Origin: an uncultured Actinomycetota bacterium
Lineage (GTDB): Bacteria; Actinomycetota; Actinomycetes; DATJPE01
Assembly: GCA_963805505.1 (NCBI GenBank)
Contig: CAWDUP010000004.1
Span: forward strand, 355,738 to 419,737
Direction: 5' to 3'
Length of the DNA: 64,000 bases
Part shown: positions 60,469 through 64,000 of the stretch, in pieces
Numbering within the stretch: the stretch's first letter is position 1
Layout: each line of letters begins with the position of its first letter
Notes under the pieces: model-generated
What the model saw: only the letters and a program-made list of their open reading frames with translations
Told to the model about the DNA's origin: nothing
Database searches by the model: none
Position numbers and translations under genes: made by a program

Positions 60469-61824
60469 TCAGGCCATCGTGTCGAGAATCCCGGTGATGT
60501 CCGCGACCGTCGTACGGGGATTGACGATGGCAAACCGGGTGACGGTCTCCCCCTCGTGCGTTGTCGGGGTCACGAAGGCGAAGTTCGCCGCCATCAGGCG
60601 GTCTGACCAGTCGTAGTACTGCTTGGCCGTCCAGCCCAGCCGACGGAAGACGACGACCGATAGGTCCGGTTCGCGCAGCAGCTCCACGTAGGACCTCGTT
60701 CTGATCTCCTCGGCCGCCGATCTCGCCACGGCAAGGGTCACCTCGATGGCTTCGGAGTACGCCCGCGTCCCATGCGCAGCCAAGGAGAACCACAACGGCA
60801 ACCCTCGAGCACGGCGGGAGAGGTGATAGGCGTAGTCAGACGGATTCCACTCACCATCGCCATCGGTGATGACGTCGAGATAGCCCGCCTTCTGGGTGTG
60901 GGCCGCCTTGCCCAGCTCGGGGTCACGGTAGATCAGCGCGCACGCGTCGAACGGTGCGAACAGCCACTTGTGCGGGTCGACGATGAATGAGTCCGCCCGC
61001 TCGATGCCCGAGAACAGCTCCCGTGTCGAGGCAGCCGCCAGTGCGGCGACGCCGTACGCCCCGTCGACGTGCATCCAAAGCCCGCGCTCTGCAGCGACCT
61101 CGGCGACGCCCGACAGGTCGTCGATGATCCCGAAGTTGGTCGTCCCGCCGGTGGCCACCACCGCGAAGACGTCGTCCTCCTCATGGGCGGCCAGCGTCTG
61201 CTCGAGATTCGTCCCGGTCAGTCTTCCTCGCTCATCAACGGGCACGGTGAGCAGGTCGATGTCCATCACCGAGGCCGCGTGGGCGATCGACGAATGCGCC
61301 TCCGCGCTGCAGGCCGCTACCCAGCGAGCGGGTGGCTCGGCCGTTCGACGTGCCCGCGCGGTGTGCCGGGCCGCCACCAAGGCCGAGAGGTTGCCCAAGG
61401 TGCCTCCCTGCACGAAAGCGCCGCCGGCCTCGGGCGGGAAACCGGCCAGGTCGGCGATCCATCGCAGCGCTTGATTTTCCGCGTAGACCGCACCGGCGCC
61501 CTCGAGCCACGAGCCGCCATAGATGGACGACGCTCCGACGACCAGGTCGAACAACGTGGCCGCTTCGGTGGGCGCTGCCGGGATGAACGACAAGTAGCGC
61601 GGGTGGTCGACCGAGATGCAGGCTTTCGACAGCACGTCATCGAACAACCGAAGCGCCGCCTCACCGCCAAGGCCATCCTCGGTGATGGTCTGACCGGCGG
61701 TCTCCAGGAGTTCACTCAGCGGGCGGGGCCCGTCCAGCGGCACCGGATCCAACTGGAGTCTGCGGTGTGCGTAGTCGAGGATGGCCTTGCCGAGCTCTTC
61801 GGTCTCCTGGTCATAGCGATGCAC
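60469..61824 (-). CDS. PLP-dependent amino-acid decarboxylase (group II)
   Basis: HVDGAYG and SFIVDPHKWLFAPFDAC, which carries the PLP lysine. Confidence 0.85.
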   Translation of the reverse strand: MHRYDQETEELGKAILDYAHRRLQLDPVPLDGPRPLSELLETAGQTITEDGLGGEAALRLFDDVLSKACISVDHPRYLSFIPAAPTEAATLFDLVVGASSIYGGSWLEGAGAVYAENQALRWIADLAGFPPEAGGAFVQGGTLGNLSALVAARHTARARRTAEPPARWVAACSAEAHSSIAHAASVMDIDLLTVPVDERGRLTGTNLEQTLAAHEEDDVFAVVATGGTTNFGIIDDLSGVAEVAAERGLWMHVDGAYGVAALAAASTRELFSGIERADSFIVDPHKWLFAPFDACALIYRDPELGKAAHTQKAGYLDVITDGDGEWNPSDYAYHLSRRARGLPLWFSLAAHGTRAYSEAIEVTLAVARSAAEEIRTRSYVELLREPDLSVVVFRRLGWTAKQYYDWSDRLMAANFAFVTPTTHEGETVTRFAIVNPRTTVADITGILDTMA

Positions 61825-61890
61825 GCTCGGAGCATAGGGCCGACGGACTCAGAGGGCCGACCCCAACGGACCGGTTCGCGTCCGAAGCGC

Positions 61891-62958
61891 TCAGATCCGG
61901 CTACGCGCTTGCTGGCGGCGCGGCTTGAAGGCTCCGGGCCGCGACACCTTGGCCGCTCCGGTCGAGCCTCGAACGATGAGCTCGGGACGGAAGACGTACT
62001 CCGCGTGCGGCGCCGGAGTCCCATTGATCTCGTCGAGCAGCGCCCGCACAGCCGCCGCGCCCATCGCCTCGACGGACTGGTGCACCGTCGTGAGCGGTGG
62101 GTCGGTGAAGGCGATCAGCGGGCTGTCGTCGTAGCCGACGACTGAGACGTCCGAGGGCACGTCCAGGCCGCGACGTCGCACAGCGCGTACGGCTCCGAGC
62201 GCCATCAGGTCCGAGCCGCAGACGATCGCCGTACACCCCGCGTCCAGCAGCGTCGTCGTCGCGGCATCGCCGCCCTCCACCGAGAAGAACCCATGGGCCA
62301 CCAGCGTTGCCGCCCGGTCTGGTGGTACTCCGAGCACCGAGTAGAGCGAGGAGACGAACCCGCGACGCTTGCGCTGGACCGGGACGTAGTGATCCGGTCC
62401 GACCGCCAACCCGATCCGGCTGTGTCCGAGCTCTGCTAGGTGGGTCACCGCCAGCTCCATGGCCACCACGTCGTCGTCGGACACGAATGGCGCGTCCAAG
62501 CCTTCCGCGTAGCCGTTGATGAAGACGACGGGCAGCCGCTTGTCGACCAAGCTTCGGTAACGCACCCGGGAAGCGAGGGTGTCAGCGTGCATGCCCGACA
62601 CGAAGACGATTCCGCTCACTCCGCGCTCGAGGAGCATCTCGACATAGTCGTCCTCGCTTGCTCCGCCGGGAGACTGGGTGCACAGCACGGGTGTGTAGCC
62701 ATGGCGGGCCAGACCCGACTCGATCACGCTGGCGAACGCCGGAAAGATCGGATTGGCCAACTCAGGAACGATCAACCCGACCAGACCGGCACTGCGGGTA
62801 CGCAACTTGGCGGGCCGTTCGTAGCCGAGCACGTCCAAGGCGGTCAGCACCGTGCGCCGAGTCTGATCAGCGACACCCGGCCGACCGTTGAGCACCCGGC
62901 TGACCGTGGCCTCCGACACCCCGGCCTGAACGGCGATGTCGGACAACCTGGCCTTCAT
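61891..62958 (-). CDS. LacI family transcriptional regulator
   Basis: N-terminal HTH LSDIAVQAGVSEATVSRVLNGRPGV plus a periplasmic-binding-fold core. Confidence 0.9.
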   Translation of the reverse strand: MKARLSDIAVQAGVSEATVSRVLNGRPGVADQTRRTVLTALDVLGYERPAKLRTRSAGLVGLIVPELANPIFPAFASVIESGLARHGYTPVLCTQSPGGASEDDYVEMLLERGVSGIVFVSGMHADTLASRVRYRSLVDKRLPVVFINGYAEGLDAPFVSDDDVVAMELAVTHLAELGHSRIGLAVGPDHYVPVQRKRRGFVSSLYSVLGVPPDRAATLVAHGFFSVEGGDAATTTLLDAGCTAIVCGSDLMALGAVRAVRRRGLDVPSDVSVVGYDDSPLIAFTDPPLTTVHQSVEAMGAAAVRALLDEINGTPAPHAEYVFRPELIVRGSTGAAKVSRPGAFKPRRQQARSRI

Positions 62959-63102
62959 GACCGCCCACCGTAGTCAGCGAGAGTGCCCACACCCGCGGCC
63001 GAGGTGCCCTAGGCTGCTGCCGCGGACGTCTCCCGACGTCTGTGTGCACCTTCCACAGTGGATCGTCCGGCACGTTCCTGCCGGTGAAGGGCTGGATCAA
63101 CG

Positions 63103-64000
63103 ATGGCAACGATCACATTCGACAAGGCATCGCGTCTCTACCCAGGCTCAACTCACCCCGCGGTCGACGCCCTTGAGCTACACGTCGAAGATGGCGAGTT
63201 CCTCGTCCTCGTCGGCCCATCCGGGTGCGGCAAGTCCACGTCCCTTCGGATGTTGGCCGGCCTGGAGGAAGTGACCGACGGCGCCATCTTCATCGGCGAG
63301 CGCGACGTCACCAATCTGGCGCCCAAGGACCGCGACATCGCGATGGTGTTCCAGAACTACGCCCTCTATCCGCACATGTCCGTCGCCGAGAACATGGGCT
63401 TCGCGCTCAAGATCGCCGGGACCCCCAAGTCGGAAATTCAGAAGCGCGTCGCCGACGCTGCCGCTCTGCTCGATCTCGAGTCCTATCTGGACCGCAAGCC
63501 CAAGGCCTTGTCGGGTGGCCAACGCCAACGCGTCGCGATGGGGCGAGCGATCGTCCGCGAGCCGCAGGTGTTCTTGATGGATGAGCCGCTCTCCAACCTC
63601 GACGCCAAGCTACGTGTGCAGACCCGCACCCAGATCGCCGCCTTGCAACGACGGCTGGGAATCACCACCGTCTACGTCACCCACGATCAGGTTGAGGCCA
63701 TGACGATGGGTGACCGGGTGGCCGTCCTCAAGGACGGCGTTCTTCAGCAGTGCGACAGCCCTCGCGTCATGTACGAAAACCCGGCGAACGTTTTCGTGGC
63801 CGGTTTCATCGGGTCACCGCAGATGAACCTCGTCGAGGCGCGCATCGTTGACGGTGGCGTTCAGGTGGCTGGCCGGGTCGCGCAGATCGACCGGGAGAAG
63901 GTTGCTGCCGCCACCGCCGAGGGAGCCAAGACACTGACCCTGGGCTTCCGCCCAGAAGACCTGGAGGTCACCGACGGGGAAACCGGTTTGCCGGTGCAGG
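63103..64000 (+). CDS. sugar ABC transporter ATP-binding protein (MsiK/UgpC/MalK-type), 3' partial
   Basis: Read directly from the sequence: [15 protein letters not shown]...[20 protein letters not shown]...[14 protein letters not shown]...[11 protein letters not shown]. The ORF runs off the window end. Confidence 0.9.
   Translation, partial: MATITFDKASRLYPGSTHPAVDALELHVEDGEFLVLVGPSGCGKSTSLRMLAGLEEVTDGAIFIGERDVTNLAPKDRDIAMVFQNYALYPHMSVAENMGFALKIAGTPKSEIQKRVADAAALLDLESYLDRKPKALSGGQRQRVAMGRAIVREPQVFLMDEPLSNLDAKLRVQTRTQIAALQRRLGITTVYVTHDQVEAMTMGDRVAVLKDGVLQQCDSPRVMYENPANVFVAGFIGSPQMNLVEARIVDGGVQVAGRVAQIDREKVAAATAEGAKTLTLGFRPEDLEVTDGETGLPVQ

Overview
This is a high-GC actinobacterial chromosome segment. 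The synteny (pdxH, citA, serC, csp/DUF3027/DUF2530, the XPB helicase operon, HelD, cspA-groEL2, gpgS, otsB, LytR_C/DUF3263) is the conserved Actinomycetota core. A Propionibacteriales or Nocardioides-like origin is only a guess. I call about 58 protein genes, one tRNA-Thr(UGU), one SAM-I riboswitch, two CIRCE operators, two strong hairpin terminators, a 3-copy 89-bp tandem repeat and a 2-copy dispersed inverted-repeat element. I saw no CRISPR array, transposase, integrase or phage genes. The most interesting observations are: (1) a SAM-I riboswitch in front of a threonine-synthase-like enzyme that is translationally coupled to a MoaD/ThiS-type sulfur carrier ending in GG, which looks like a MetM/MetO-type homocysteine route; (2) a ~12.5 kb accessory amine uptake/oxidation locus (21857-34389) whose three promoter regions share a near-identical 20-bp palindromic operator with no regulator gene nearby, and which contains an MFS-cNMP-binding fusion; (3) a MIRU-like 89-bp x3 tandem repeat that re-copies the groEL2 stop region; (4) a large SARP-AAA-TPR-LuxR regulator whose TPR portion is riddled with frameshifts; (5) a His/Asp-rich secreted mini-protein coupled to a two-component system. 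All family names come from reading the translated ORFs by eye, with no searches run. Start codons are approximate. Many long ORFs in the track are antisense artefacts of high GC.
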